A DNA stretch of 64,000 bases from Eimeria praecox (GCA_963920595.1 OY986947.1:1612001-1676000); one strand, 5' to 3'. Shown: positions 31,133 to 49,493, numbered from the stretch's first letter. Notes: generated from the sequence alone by a model not told the origin. Translations and numbers: made by a program.

Positions 31133-32764
31133 TAGCTGCAGGGGCCCCCGTCTCTGTACATGACAAGGAGTGCAGCAACAAGACACAGGCCAATCCTGCA
31201 ACCCTAAACCCTAAACCCTAAACCCTAAACCCTAAACCCTAGGTTGTAGGATGGAAGGGGGAGGAGGGGTGGAGCCCTTTCGCAAGGTAAAGGAGAACTT
31301 CCTGGGGGTCTGTAGGTCTGGAGGAGCACATAGAATTGGGCTTTATCCTAAACCCTAAACCCTAAACCCTAAACCCTAAACCCTAAGCTGCCGAGAGCTG
31401 GCCCGAGGGCCCCTCTCTCACGCTTTGCTGTTGAAGGCCGCTGGAAGGATAAAGGGTAGGCTTCTTGTATAGCGGTTGAAGAGTTAGAAGGAAATAAAGA
31501 GAAGAAGAAATAAAATATTAATTGTATATTGAAGAAGAGGTTGCTAGACAATAAAGGAGAGGCGCAGCTGCAGTCGGCGCCCAGCAGCAGTGTGTCTGTC
31601 GGGGGCGGAGATTAAGGTGAATAGAATGCGATATTTGAATTAAATATGTTGTAATATTAAAAGAAAAGAAAAAATAAACTATTTTATACTATTATAGAAA
31701 CATATTATTCGTATAAATGCAAACACAAACACACCTACCTCATCCTCTCCTTCTCTGGGCGCTCTCTCTCTGCTGCTGCAGCTGCGGTAGTAGGAGGTAG
31801 GGCTGTTGTGTGTTTCTTCTCTTTATGTTGAATCAATCTTGTAAATACCTTTATAATTATAAACTATTTAAACTTGTAGCTCATATTATTTATATCCCTT
31901 CTATACTTATAGCCTATATATAGCCGAAAGTAGCTCCTCCTCCTCCTCTTTCTAGAAGAAACAGCGATGCAAATACCATGAAACCCATACTTGTTCTCCC
32001 ATGCTAGGAAATAACAAATAACACAATAAAAGAAAGGAGAGAGAATGTCTTTAGGATATTCTAGTAAACATACAACAACATCTTCAACAGATCCTAAATC
32101 CTAAACAAACCAAAATATTGTAACCTGAACGCCATATCGCCTTCTCTAAACCCTAAACCCTAAACCCTAAACCCTAAAACCATAAGAAGATTGCAGATGA
32201 GCATTTCGACATTAAAATAATCTCGAGTTTTATATTGAGGTTTTGTAAATGGATTTAGAGAAACGAGAAAAACATATCCGTCGGGCGTTCCCGATCGTGC
32301 AAATGTGTTTATAGGATCATTAGGAACAGATACATCGTCTTTGTTTACATACAATCTTAATAAATTATCGTATATTTACTTTCATAAAAATGGCATAGAA
32401 CTGCCTTTGGTAAGTATTAGTAGTATTTTTCTCTGCATTAATTTGCACATCTTCAACTTCTTCTTCGGCTGCGGTCGTGGAGGCAGACCGGGCGAAAAGA
32501 AGGAAACTAGAAAGAAATATAATCCGTTTGTCATATTAGAATAAATATAAATTTCATATGCACTACCAGTAAAACTCAAACACACCAATAAATGACGCTT
32601 TCCGCTCTGAAACGCCACATAGCCAGTTTGCACATTTCGGGTGTATAGGCAGCTCCATGAGAGAAAAAAGGTGAAACCGCTCACAGCATGAATTCCTTGA
32701 AATCTAAGGTTAAACCAATCTCAAATGGTATTATGAGAAGAATATGAATCATTTTATTTAAAAC

Positions 32765-33660
32765 ATGAAGCCCTTTGTCGCGGCTGTCTGTTATTCCTTC
32801 GTGTTTCCCCTCTTTTTTCTGAAGTTGCACGGATCCTCACCTTTGCAGCATCATCATGGAAGTGCAGGAAAGCACGGTCAAATTCAGAGTAATAGATCTA
32901 TTTCGCGTTCTCCTGTTATAATTGAAGAAGATGATCCTTACGCGTGAGTATTATTTGAAGGGGTTTCCCTGTTTCTTGAAGGGCTAGCTGCAGAAGCCCT
33001 TTTAACTTGAATTTTCTAGAGAATCTGTGCGAGTTCTCTCGGATGCAATTAAACGCCAAGTTAACCGAAACGCCCACACGGGGCAGGAGTTACTTCGATC
33101 AAAGACAGAAGCTTATGCAGCAAACGAGCGGCTGCATGCAGATAATTTCTCCCAAAGGCTACAAGATTACAAGACTGAGCTAGAGGAGGCAGAGGCTGCT
33201 GCAGCAGCCACAGAACAGGAAATAGATGGAGAGAGGCGGCGCCACGCAGCCGCTAAGAAACAAATAGCTGAAGCAGCAGAAGAAAAGATGGAAGATCTTC
33301 AGGAAATAGAGAGAAATGCTGTGAAGCAGCAACATCGCGCCGAAGAGAACATACACCGAGGGGAGAGACAATTAAAGAAAGAAGAAGCAGAGCTTATACA
33401 CGCTAGAAAGCAACATCAGCATGCACAGGAGATAGCAGCAAAACAAAGAAAACATATTAAAGATATGATTGATAAAGAAGAACAAATCAAACGTGAAGAA
33501 GAAGAAGCAGAAGAGGCCAGAGAAGAAAATATACAAGGTAAATAGAAAAACAGAAAATATAAATAAATAAATAAATATATTATAAATATAAATAAATAAA
33601 TTAATATATTATCTAAGATTTAAACAATATTTTCTACTTCTTTCTCTAGCTAACAGCTAA
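32765..33660 (+). CDS. Predicted secreted charged coiled-coil protein, 3 exons (32765-32943, 33020-33537, 33650-33660); may instead stop at 33545
   Basis: Hydrophobic N-terminus MKPFVAAVCYSFVFPLFFLKLHG; GC|GTGAGT ... TTCTAG|A phase-2 junction joins the two track ORFs; E/K/R/Q/A-rich helix. Confidence 0.7.
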
Positions 33661-34037
33661 ACACATAGAAGGTGTATAAACAACAAAAACTCCCACGTGC
33701 TGAGGCATCCCCAGTCTTAGAGTCCACGGCCTAGGGTTTAGGGTTTAGGGTTTGGGGGCAAACCCTAAACCCTAGAGACCGTCAAAAAAAACCCCAACCC
33801 CCTGCTGCGTTTCTTGCCCTCAAACCCTCGGGCCTCTTCAAGAGCCCAAACCCTAAACCCTAAACCCTAAACCCTAAACCCTAAAGCAGCCTTGGCGGCC
33901 CGCAGCAACCCGTTCACACCTTGACAACATTTCGCCTGCTTAGGGTTTAGGGTTTAGGGTTTAGGGTTTAGGGTCAGACAGCTTAACAGCTTGTAGTGAG
34001 TAGAGAGGAGCTCGAATGCCTTCGATTAGTTAGGGTT

Positions 34038-35630
34038 TTATTCAAAGCTCCCAAATACTGCTGCAGACCCCCGCTGCAGCAGCTGCTGCAGCAGCTGTCC
34101 TAGTAAGCTATCTCTCCAGGTGTACATACACCCCACGATGCATGCATACAAAACCCACAGCACTAGCAGGAACTTGAACAAAACACTCTTCATAAACGAA
34201 CGTATAAACCCTGCTGATCTGCTGCTAGTTGAGCCCCTGTTGCTGCTGCTGCTGCTGCTGCTGCAGCTGCTGTTGTGCGCGCACTGCTCACACCACTCAA
34301 ACTGCTGCTGCTGCTGCTGCTGCTGCAGTTGCTGCTGCTGCTGCAGTTGCTGCTGCTCGATATTCATGACGAATGCTAGCTCACGTTGTATTGCTTCCTG
34401 TCTTTCTAATGTCTGCAGCAGCAAGGGGTTTGCTGTTCCCCTCAATATCTGCTGCCGCAGCACCTGTCTCTCATACTCTAGCTGCTGCAGCAGCTGCTGC
34501 TGCTGCAGCTGCAGCTGCTGCAGCTGCTGCTCTCGCCCCACCATTCCGAAGTAGGGATCGTAAGGGCCCCCGATCTGCTGGAATGCATGTATCTGCTGCT
34601 GCTGCAGCTGCTGCAGCTGCAGCATATGCTGCTGCTGCTGGGGCCCCCCTCTGCTGCTGCAGGGTGTGCATGTGGGGCCCCTGTTAGCAGCAGCAGCAGC
34701 AAGAGAATGTTTAATTTCTTTATAAGCATACACTGCCAGCCAGAGGAGTGCTACTAAAGCAGCCAGAGTCCTCCTGCACGCCAACCCATACAAAAAAACC
34801 CTAAACCCTAAACCCTAAACCCTAAACCCCAGATCCTAAACCCAACCCTGAAATTAAGCCCTCCCCCCCTACCTCACAAACCCTAAACCCTAAACCCTAA
34901 ACCCCAAACCCTAAACCCTAAACCCTAAATCCTAAACCCTAAACCCTAGATCTTAAACCCAACCCTGAAATTCGGCCCTCCCCCCTCCCTCACAAACCCT
35001 AAACCCTAAACCCTAAACCCTAAACCCTAAACCCTTCCACCCCTGTTCCTACCATTGGAGCCCATTAAAGAAGGAGTTGATGGTATCTGCTAGTACTTGC
35101 AAAGCTACTTTCGTGGACTCTCCGTGTTTATTTGGACTTAGTAGAAAACAACTCTTCCACTCAGTACAGGGTTTAATTAAGAAGGGAGGGAGAGGGTTTA
35201 GGGTCTCACAACCATTATCTATATGCTGCTGTCTGCATGCTGCTGCTGCTGCTGCTGCTGCTGCTTGTCGTTGTTCTTCTTGCAATAAAATATCTTTTAT
35301 TAGAGAATATAATAATAAACTTATGCTTATTATTACTATCCAAACAAATAAAAATATAAATAAAACACGAAAAATCGTAAACATATGATTGAGACAGCCC
35401 CATGCATGCAAGATATTAAACCCCACAGATTTTTTATTAAATCCTAAAAAACATAAACTCCCCCCCTCCCCTCTCCCTCCTCCTCCCCCTCCTCCTCCTT
35501 CATATATACGGTCATCCTGCTGTACCTGCAGTTGGTCCTGATGAAACTGCTGCTGCTGCTGCTGCTGCTGTTGCTGCTGTTGCTGCTGCTGCTGCGTGGG
35601 CATCGGTAGATGCTCTGCTGCTGTCGTTGC

Positions 35631-35667
<37 letters not shown>

Positions 35668-35794
35668 TCTGTGGGGAGGGTAGCAGTAGTGCTGAAGTCT
35701 ACTTCTTCATCTCCCCTTGGACTCGCAAACGCCGCAGTGTCGCTACAGCCGGGAGAAGGCCCAGCAATAGAAGAAGGCGAGGACGAGCCAGCCA

Positions 35795-35842
<48 letters not shown>

Positions 35843-36551
35843 GGTATAACTGCTGCAGGTGCAGCTCCTGTAAACGCTGATGCTGCAGTTGCTGTTGCTG
35901 CTGCAGTTGCTGCTGCTGCTGCAGTTGCTCGAGTGTATATGCTGACAAATCAATATACGGATTTGTTGTTGGGGCCCCTTCCTTGCATGCAGCAGGAGGG
36001 GCCCCCCCAAACGTCCTTTCTGCTGCTGCTGCTGCTGCTGCAGCAGCAGCAGCAGCAGAATGTGCTGTTTGTCTACATTCAGGGTAATGATAGACAGAAC
36101 AACCAGCTCCAGAGATCTGTCTAGCAGAGAGGGGGGGGCCCCCCTCCATCAGCTCTCCCCTTCGCCCTCGGCTCCTCCTAGGGCCCCCTCCTCCCCCACT
36201 TACATCTAACGAGCTCAGCTGTCTCGCCAGATCAAATTCTAACACACTATTTGAAGATCTGGGGCCCCCCTGGTGTTGGGGGCCCCCTCCATCAGGGGGG
36301 CCCCCAACACCAGGGGGCCCCCCCTCGTCGGAGGGGCCCCCCGAGACGTTGTTGAGGGGCTGAGATGAGGTGATGAGGTGCTGCTTGACTGCCTGGAAGG
36401 AAGAATTATTCGTTCTGTTTCTGTTGGTTGTCAAACGTCGTCTTAGAGGGCCGGGGTGTACGTACACCACATCGCTCCGTATAGAGGGGGTAGGAGAAGG
36501 GGGCCTCTCAACCCTCTGGGGGCCCCCAAGAAAGCTTGAGCTTCGTGGCAT
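34038..36551 (-). CDS. Brr6/Brl1-family nuclear-envelope protein, 2 exons (36551-35053, 34773-34038)
   Basis: TM helix then KDI...CRQQHIDNGC...PPFLIKPCTEWKSC...TKVALQVLADTINSFFNGLQWRTL then second TM: the four-cysteine luminal Brr6/Brl1 signature; phase-2 junction restores W. Confidence 0.85.
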
Positions 36552-36615
36552 TGAAATCAAATAAAGAAAAAGACAAAATCAAAAAAAAAACACACACAGC
36601 AACAAAACACCACCT

Positions 36616-36649
<34 letters not shown>

Positions 36650-37377
36650 CAGCAGCAGCAGCAGCAGCTATTGCTGCAGCAGCAGTTAGCCTGGGTGCAG
36701 CAGCAGGAGCCTAAGGCTGTCTATACGACAGAAGGTATATAGAATAGATGAAGAAGAAGCCAATAATATATATTTAATTAAATAAAATACATAAATTGAT
36801 GCGTATACCCCCTAAATATTTACCGTGTCGTCGATCTACCGCTGAGGTGTATAGACAGCTTAACAGCCATCAGAAAACAAAATATATATATAAACTTATT
36901 TAGAAAATTCTCCTTTTTCTGTTTTTATTTATATTATCTCGCATTCAAATCAATACAGAATCCTCTATACAACAACAGAGAGAAGGGGGCCCCTTAGAGG
37001 GCCGCAGCCCCAGGTAGGCTGCTGCTGTTGCTGCTGCTGCTGCTGTTGCTGCTGTTGCTGCTGCTGCTGCTGCTGCGGGTTTATTGTTTGTGTTTTTTCT
37101 GGAACGAGGGGAATAGAACAAATATTTATTGTTTAAATTATTAATATTTGTTGATTTTATTGTTAATATTTATAAAAGAAGAAGACAGAGATATCCCACA
37201 ATCTCGGGCCCCCCTCTGCCTTCGTCGTGCCAGTCCAGCAGCAGCAAACCACCAACCTGGGGTGTACAGGGAGCTTCGGCTGTATTTATATTTGTTTTAT
37301 TGTTTACATTTATTTAGTTTGTTTTATTTGCTGCTGCAGCTCTCTAAACGTATTGCAACAGTTGCTTAGAGCACCGT

Positions 37378-37652
37378 ATGACGCCGCCATCCACAGAATC
37401 CTGCTGCGAGGCCCCAGGGCCTCAGGGGGCCCCCCCGCCTGCTGCTGCTGCTGCTGCTGCTGCAGCAGCAGCAGCAGCAGCAGCAGCCCCAGCAGCAACA
37501 CCTCTTATTCGTGTTGTGCCGTATACTTTGCCGGCTGTGGGGCCGTCACGAGGTGTCTGTACACCCCAGAAAGGCCGTCCTTCTCTCTTCTTACATCCCG
37601 ATATTCAACTAACACCGAAGAGCCCAGCCCTTCAATCTTTACTTGGCCTAAC

Positions 37653-37710
<58 letters not shown>

Positions 37711-38181
37711 GACAACAGCAGCATCCTCAACAACAAGGCATTAACATATTCGAGTATAGCTGAGCTGTCTGTACACCCGACTATCAGCAATCTCGCCTCA
37801 CAGCTGTTGTCTGGGGGTTGTGTTGTATTCCCAACAGAAACAGTTTATGGTCTTGGTGCTGCTGCATGCAGCAGCAGCGGCGTTCGTTCTGTCTTTGTAT
37901 TGAAGCAGCGGCCCCTCTCAGACCCTCTTATATGCCACGTTATTTCTGCTAGACAGGCCCTCACACAAGTTGTATCTCTAGATGATGATGATGAGGAGGA
38001 GGATGATACAGCAGCAGCAGCAGCAGCAGCAGGAGGAGGTGCAGCAGGAGCAGCAGCAGCAGGAGCAGCAGCAGCAGCAGCAACAGGCAGACGTAAGGGG
38101 ATGTTGAAGGAGGTCTTCTTGGCGTTGGCAGAGGCTTTCTGGCCTGGCCCGTTCAGTATCGTAGCTAAACAAAGAAGGCTC

Positions 38182-38213
<32 letters not shown>

Positions 38214-38560
38214 AGCAGCAGCAGGAGCAGCAGCAGGAACAGCAGCAGGAACAGCAGGAGCAGCAGCAGCAACAGCCGGGTGTATACAAGCTAAATCCTC
38301 TTCTCAAATTCTAGAAGAAGAAGAAGAAGAAGAAGAAGAAAGAAGAAGGAAGAAACAAAGACAAGAAGATAAATCGTGTATAACAGGAGTAGTTGATGAT
38401 GTGTGTGCTGCATCAGGCTTTGCTGCTGTTCGAATCCCTCATCATCCTCTCGCTCTCGCGTTAATTGCTGCTGCTGCTGCTCCTGTTGCTGCACCCTCAG
38501 CAAATAGATTTGGGAGAATATCGCCTACTAACCCACAACACGTTATTAAACAACTCCACA

Positions 38561-38597
<37 letters not shown>

Positions 38598-38607
38598 GGA
38601 ACAGCAG

Positions 38608-38648
<41 letters not shown>

Positions 38649-38871
38649 GGATGTTTATGAGCTGCCTCTGCTTGATGGGGGAGAGTGCTGCTCTGTTGGT
38701 ATTGAATCAACAGTTGTTAAATTGTTGCTAACAAATAAACACAAAGAAACACAAAGTAAAGAAGAAGAAGAAGAAGAAGAAGGAGAAGAAGAAGAAGAAG
38801 AAGGAGCTGAGGTAGAAGTGCGGGTGTTGAGGAGAGGAATAATCTGCTGCAGCATGATAGAAGAAGCTTTA

Positions 38872-38913
<42 letters not shown>

Positions 38914-39242
38914 AGCAGCAGCAGCAGCAGATTCCCTCGTTGTATTGTAACAACATCTGCAGCACTTGACTATCGGGGCAATAATAATAAAAATAAAAAT
39001 ATTAATAATAATAATAATATTAATAATAATATAAATAATAATATAAATAATAATAATATAAATAATAATAATATAAATAATAATATAAATAATAATAAAG
39101 AAATCGCTATAGATAAATCCGAATCGACACAAAGCCCAGGACTGTGTCTAACGCATTATTCTCCTTCTGTCCCTTGCTTTCTTCTTCATGACGTTGAGAC
39201 GTGCTCGCAGCTATTTAAGACAAGGCAGGAAGCAATTAAAGA

Positions 39243-39297
<55 letters not shown>

Positions 39298-39434
39298 AGC
39301 AGCAGCAGCAGCAGCAGCAGTGGGGGGCTTCCCGAGGGTTTGATTCGTTCGAGTCGATGCGTTCTGATAGACGCAGATAATAAGCTACAACAATTTGCTA
39401 ACTGCTTCCATAGATATCTCTCTCTTACTAAACC

Positions 39435-39466
<32 letters not shown>

Positions 39467-39632
39467 AGCAGCAGCAGCAGCAGGAGCAGCAGCAGCAGCA
39501 GGAGCAGCAGCAGCAGCAGCAGCAGGAGCAGATTCCTGCTGCTCATGATGCTGCTGCTGAAGCAGCTAGGCGGGTATTTTCTGTTCTGCATGCAGCAGAA
39601 GAGTCAGCACTGCAGCAGCAGCAGCAGCAGCG

Positions 39633-39663
<31 letters not shown>

Positions 39664-39984
39664 GTGGTTGTGCTGCTGCATGCAGAGCCCCTCGCAGAGT
39701 GGGGGGAGGAAGGCCTCGCGGTTTACGATAGGCTGTTCAGGTGAGGGATTGCATGCGTACTCACATCTGTCTAGGGTTTAGGGTTTAGGGTTTAGGGTTT
39801 AGGGTTTAGGGTATAGGGTCGAGGGTACAGGCTTTAAGGGCTAGGGTTTAGGGTTTAGGGTTTAGGGTTTAGGGTTTAGGGTTTGTATGTGTGTTTCAGG
39901 GCTGCCTCTGGCCGCAGCGTCGTTCCTCTCTATGCTACCTCCTCCGGGCCGTCTGCTGAGATTATCTTTGGCCCCAAACCCTAA
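37378..39984 (+). CDS. SUA5: Threonylcarbamoyl-AMP synthase Sua5 (YrdC/TsaC domain plus SUA5 domain), 2 exons (37378-39740, 39900-39984)
   Basis: Motifs VVFPTETVYGLGA, KQRPLSDPLICHV, AFWPGPFSIV, AVRIPHHPLALALI, PVAAPSANRFG, GIESTVV, SPG...HYSP, GLAVYDRLFRAASG. Confidence 0.95.
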
Positions 39985-40464
39985 ACCCTAAACCCTAAAC
40001 CCTAGTTGAGGGTTTAGACTCGATTGCCTGCATACGCCAGGTGCAAACAACACACTGAAGCTGCAAAGCCTGCAGCACAAACTGCTTCACTTGCTGCTGC
40101 AGCAAGAGACTGCTGCTGCTGCTGCTGCTGCTGCTGCAGCAGCAGCAGCAGCAGCAGCAGCAGCACTTGCGGTATTTGGTTGACAAGTTTGATTTAGTAT
40201 TTCTAAGTTTTTTATTTAAATTTGTTTTTATTGTTTGGTTTTCTCCTTCGATAGGAAAATACAAATACTAATAATACATTTACGTAGCAGCAGCAGCAGC
40301 AACATTTGCTGCTGCTGCAGCATTTGTTGCTGCTGCTGCAGCATTTGCTGCTGCTGCTGCAGCATTTGCTGCAGCTGCTGCTGCTGCAGCAGCAGCAGCG
40401 GTATTGGCTATTAGGTGTGTTGCTGCACTTATAAGAAAGTCTATCTCCGCGACATCATACGTCT

Positions 40465-40516
40465 TCATATTAACTGCATCAGCTCCTCTTCTTGCTGCTG
40501 CTGCATCTCTTCTTCC

Positions 40517-40550
<34 letters not shown>

Positions 40551-40677
40551 GCTGCTGCTGCTGCTGCTGCTGCTGTTCGTGGGGTGTGAATATGTTGCTG
40601 AAATATCTGAAGCAGAATCCAACAGCTGTCGATACAGCATCAACGAGTGGCTCTGTATTCTGCTGCAGTGTACGTAT

Positions 40678-40711
<34 letters not shown>

Positions 40712-40987
40712 TTTGTGTCTGTTATCTTTTGTTGCTTCCTTAATAATATAAATTTCTTCATATACCCAAAAGCAGCAGCACGTGTATAAACAATTGCAAA
40801 TATATCGCTCAGGTCTGCTGCACTAACAATACCCCGACGAGCAGCAAAATAGGGGGGGCCCCCATAAGGGGGGGGGCCCCCCACTGCAGCAGCAGGGGGC
40901 CCTATAACCTCCCAGGGGGGGGGCCCCCTTCCTATGGCTCTGTCAGATTGTTGATAGACCCAGCCCCCCCCTAAATCCGATATCACC

Positions 40988-41042
<55 letters not shown>

Positions 41043-41217
41043 AGGGAGGAAGAGGGAGGTGTTGTTCTTGTGCTGCTGCTGCTGTTGCTGCGTCTGCTGC
41101 TGCCTCTGTTGCTACATGCAGCCCCAAAGTTAGTCTCTCTAACACAGGCATTTCGTGAAGCATTCTCTGTAAACCACGAACGCCCAAGGACGTGTAGTCA
41201 GGGAAGACCTGAGGAAA

Positions 41218-41312
<95 letters not shown>

Positions 41313-42613
41313 GTTGCAGTAGCAGAAACAGTAGCAGTAGCATAATGCATGCAAAAACACCGACACTCGTCTCCTCCCTCTCCCTTCGCTGTCTAGGGTT
41401 TAGGGTTTAGGGTTTAGGGTTTAGGAATGGCATAGAACTTCTACTTGAGAGTAAAAATTAAAAAACACCGTATACTTAGAATTTAGAAGATATAATAAAA
41501 AACCTAGGGTTTATTATTTTTGTGATCTAGGGTTTAGGGTTTAGGGTTTAGGGTTTAGGGTTTAGGGTTTAGGGTTTAGGGTTTAGGGTTTAGGGTTTTA
41601 CCTTCCACGTCCAATGAGTAGGATGTGGGGGGAAGTATGCTACTCTGAATTTTCTTAACTTTGGGAATGTAGCATTATTAAGAAGATGAAGCCAAGAGGG
41701 AGTTAGACAGCCAGAGATAGACAGAAATAGAAGAGAAGGAAAGCACAGGGGCTTCAGAGCAAGCGGAGAAGAAAATAGAGAAGAAGAAGAAGAAGAAGAA
41801 GAAGAAGATAGAGAAGAAGGAGAAGAAGAAGAAGAAGAAGAAGGTATAGAAGAAGAAGAAGAAGAAGAAGAAGAAGATATAGAAGAAGAAGAAGAAGAAG
41901 AAGAAGAAGAAGAAGAAGAAGGCATAGAAGAAGAAGAAGAAGGAGAAGAAGAAGAAGAGAACGCTGCTGCTGCTGCTGCAGGTTTATCTGGAGAAATAAG
42001 TTTTAAAACTCTTAAGGTGCTGCTGTTGCTCGCAATAAGAGCAGCAATCTCCAACATACTGCAGCAGCTGTTTGCTGCTGCTGCAGCAGGTACTTCAAGT
42101 TGTTTCAGCTGCTGCAGCTGCAGCAACGCCTGCTGTCTCTCCTTCTCTCTTAAACATAACCATGGCCCCGATAAATTAATACAAGTGACACGAGTGAACG
42201 ACCCCACAAACCCATGGATTGCTCTTCTCCAAGCTGTACATACACCTGAAACTAACAAAATCTCCTCGGGATCAAGATAATGAAAGATACCCTGCAAACA
42301 CCCCACAGGAAATGAAGAGAAATAATCTGGAGGGAGAGAAGAAGAAGAAGAAGAAGAAGAAGAAGAAGAAGAAGAAGAAGAAGAAGAAGAAGAAGAAGAA
42401 GAAGGCATAGAAGAAGAAGAAGAAGAAGAAGGCATAGAAGAAGAAGAAGAAGAAGAAGGCATAGAAGAAGAAGAAGAAGAAGAAGAAGAAGAAGAAGAAG
42501 AAGAAGAAGAAGAAGAAGAAGAAGAAGAAGAGGAAGATTCTTTCTTATTAGCTGTCTTCGCTCCCAAATTCACAGCTGTTTGCTGCTGCTCTGAGGTGTC
42601 TGTACGCAACGAA

Positions 42614-42647
<34 letters not shown>

Positions 42648-43908
42648 AGGAGTCCTCTACTGCTGGTGCTGCTGCTGCTGCTTCTGCTTCTGCTGCTTCT
42701 GCTGCTTCTGCTGCTTCTGCTGCAGCGTCGCCAGCTTCAAAGCCCCATCCTCCTAACCCCACAGCAGACAGCAGACGATGAGCGCCAGCAGACACAAGAA
42801 GAGAGCCAGCAGCAGCAGCAGCAGCTGCAGCAGCAGCAGCAGCAGAAGCAGCAGCAACAGGTGCTGCAGCCTGCGATGTCTGCTGGTTGTTTTGTTCTTC
42901 TCCAGAAGCAAACTCAGAAGAAGCATCGCTGTCGTTGCCAGCCATTCTGCTGCTGCTGCTGCTGCTGCTGCTCTTCCTGCTGCTGCTGCTGCTCTTCCTG
43001 CTGCTGCTGCTGCTGTAGACGCTGGTAGTAACGTCTCTTGTTCTGACATTCCTCCTCCCCACAGACTCCACTGAAGAGTTGCTGCTTCTTCTGCTGCTGC
43101 TGCTGCCCTGCGCTCCCTTGTCTTGCTGCTGCTTCTGCTGCTGCTCCTGCTGCTGCTGCTGCTGCTGCTGCTGTCGGAATCTCCTGAAGGCAGAGCGTCT
43201 GCTAGTCGGCTGTCTGCTGCTGGGAGGCTGAGCTCTCAATAGAGCTGAGCCTCTCAAAGAAATCCCTCTCACGGGCCTCCTGCTGCTGCTGCTGCTGTTG
43301 CTGCTGTTGCTGCTGTTGCTGCTGTTGCTGCTGTTGCTGCTGTTGCTGCTGTTGCTGCTGCTGCTGCTGTTGTGTTTGCTGCTGCTGCTCTTATAAGTCG
43401 AAGGCTCGAAGCCAAATCCCCTCCCCCCCGATGCTGCTGAAGATGCTGCCGAGTCAGAAGACACCACAGAAGAGCTGTCAGCAGCAGCAGCAGCAGCTGC
43501 TGCTGCTGCTGCTGCTGCTCCCTGTAAACCCAGCTGCTGCTGCTGTAACGGATCAAATAGATGAAGCAGCAGCTGACCTTCCACCGGGCTGCTGCCACCG
43601 CTAAAACTGCTGCTGCTGCTGCTACTTCTGCTGCTGCTTCTGCTGCTGCTTCTGCTGCTGCCGCCGCCGTCGGCGTCGCTTCTGCTGCTGCCATCTACGC
43701 TGTGCAGCCTCACCATAGATCCGTCTAATATGCTGGAGGAGGCGGAGTGGGACTCCTCGTGTTGAGGGGCCTCTGCAGGAGCAGCAGCAGCAGGAGCAGC
43801 AGCAGCAGGAGCAGCAGCAGCTGCTGCTGCAGCAGCAGCAGCAGCAGCACTCTTATCTGGCTCTTCAGGAGGAAGAGCGGAGTGTTCTGAAGAATAAAAC
43901 TCTGCCAT
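40465..43908 (-). CDS. F-box protein with LRR-like C-terminal region, 2 exons (43908-41602, 41208-40465)
   Basis: F-box-like DYFSSFPVGCLQGIFHYLDPEEILLVSGVCTAWRRAI, followed by LKQLEV, LRVLKL, FPSLLFLSISGC, FPKLRKF, MPVLERLTLG; phase-0 AAG|GTAAAA ... CCTCAG|GTC junction. Confidence 0.75.
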
Positions 43909-45044
43909 TCTCACGACAGCAAATCAAATAAGCCCCCCCCCCTTCCCACTTCTGCGGTGTACTGACGTCGAGCTGCTGCATACAAATAGATTGGCTGGGT
44001 TGAGCTGCAGCAGATGCTGCTGCAGCTGCTGCTGCAGCTGCTGACGCTGTAGCTGCTGCTGCTGCAGCTGCTGCTGCTGTTGAAGCAGGGAGGAAACCAA
44101 CAAGCAAGCGATCTGTATGGACTTCTTCTGAGTGGCCCTGGGACTTGATGAGTTTTGAAGATGAAGAAGAAACCTGACTCGAGGAGAAGCAGCACTGTCG
44201 AGACAGTGGAAGTTTGCAATGAAAAAAGAGATTATTAAGTTGTTTAAAGAAGAAATGAGAAGATATTTAAACGCAATTCACCTTTTAACACACACAAAAG
44301 AAGAAATCAACGAAACAGATACGAACAGATACGAACGTGTGGCGGCGCCGACGGGGTAGAAAGCTGGGAAGCCGCCACATTAGGGGATCTAATTGGTCTT
44401 CAAATGAGTTATTTTTGTGTTTCCTCCTAATTTATTTGCATAATCATTGAAATTACTATCTGAAAATACAACAATTCGCTGCGGCTTCCCCCTCGATTGC
44501 CTCGGCGGCTGCTAGCGCCGGCTCCGTAGGATCAAGAGAGGGAGTAAATTAGAGGAAAAGTTTGTTAAATTTAAACATTTGTCTTCATTATATTATTATG
44601 AATTAACTTACAGAACAAAATAAACTAAAAAATCATAGGAAAATCTTCCTCAGATCAAAATGCATTTGACAGTACATAAACACTTCCAGCGGTGTCGGTC
44701 CGAAGCGGGGCTGAAATCGGCTTCTAACGTCTCTCTTTTTTTGTTTTTTTTTTATATTTTTGTTTATTTTTTAGTTTTAATATATAAAAATAAATTAAAT
44801 TTGAGAAAAACAATCCGCTTACGAGGTAATCGGGAAGATCAACAAAATTTCGCCTCGACGGACCGCAGACAGTTCAGTAGACCATTCGAGTTTCTTCATC
44901 AACTGTGCCGCATCGCATTTTAAATGCTTTCTTTGTGTTTTTATTTTATTTTTAAATTAAAATTATTATTTTTATCGAATTCACCAAATATAATCTGCAA
45001 TCATATCTCATTTATTCCATTTCTACCCTTTTCTATCGAGCGTA

Positions 45045-49493
<4,449 letters not shown>

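Noticed and set aside
32160..32684. Non-repetitive short ORFs between WDR44 and the secreted gene
   Set aside because: No recognisable motifs or consistent splice chain; probably promoter or UTR.
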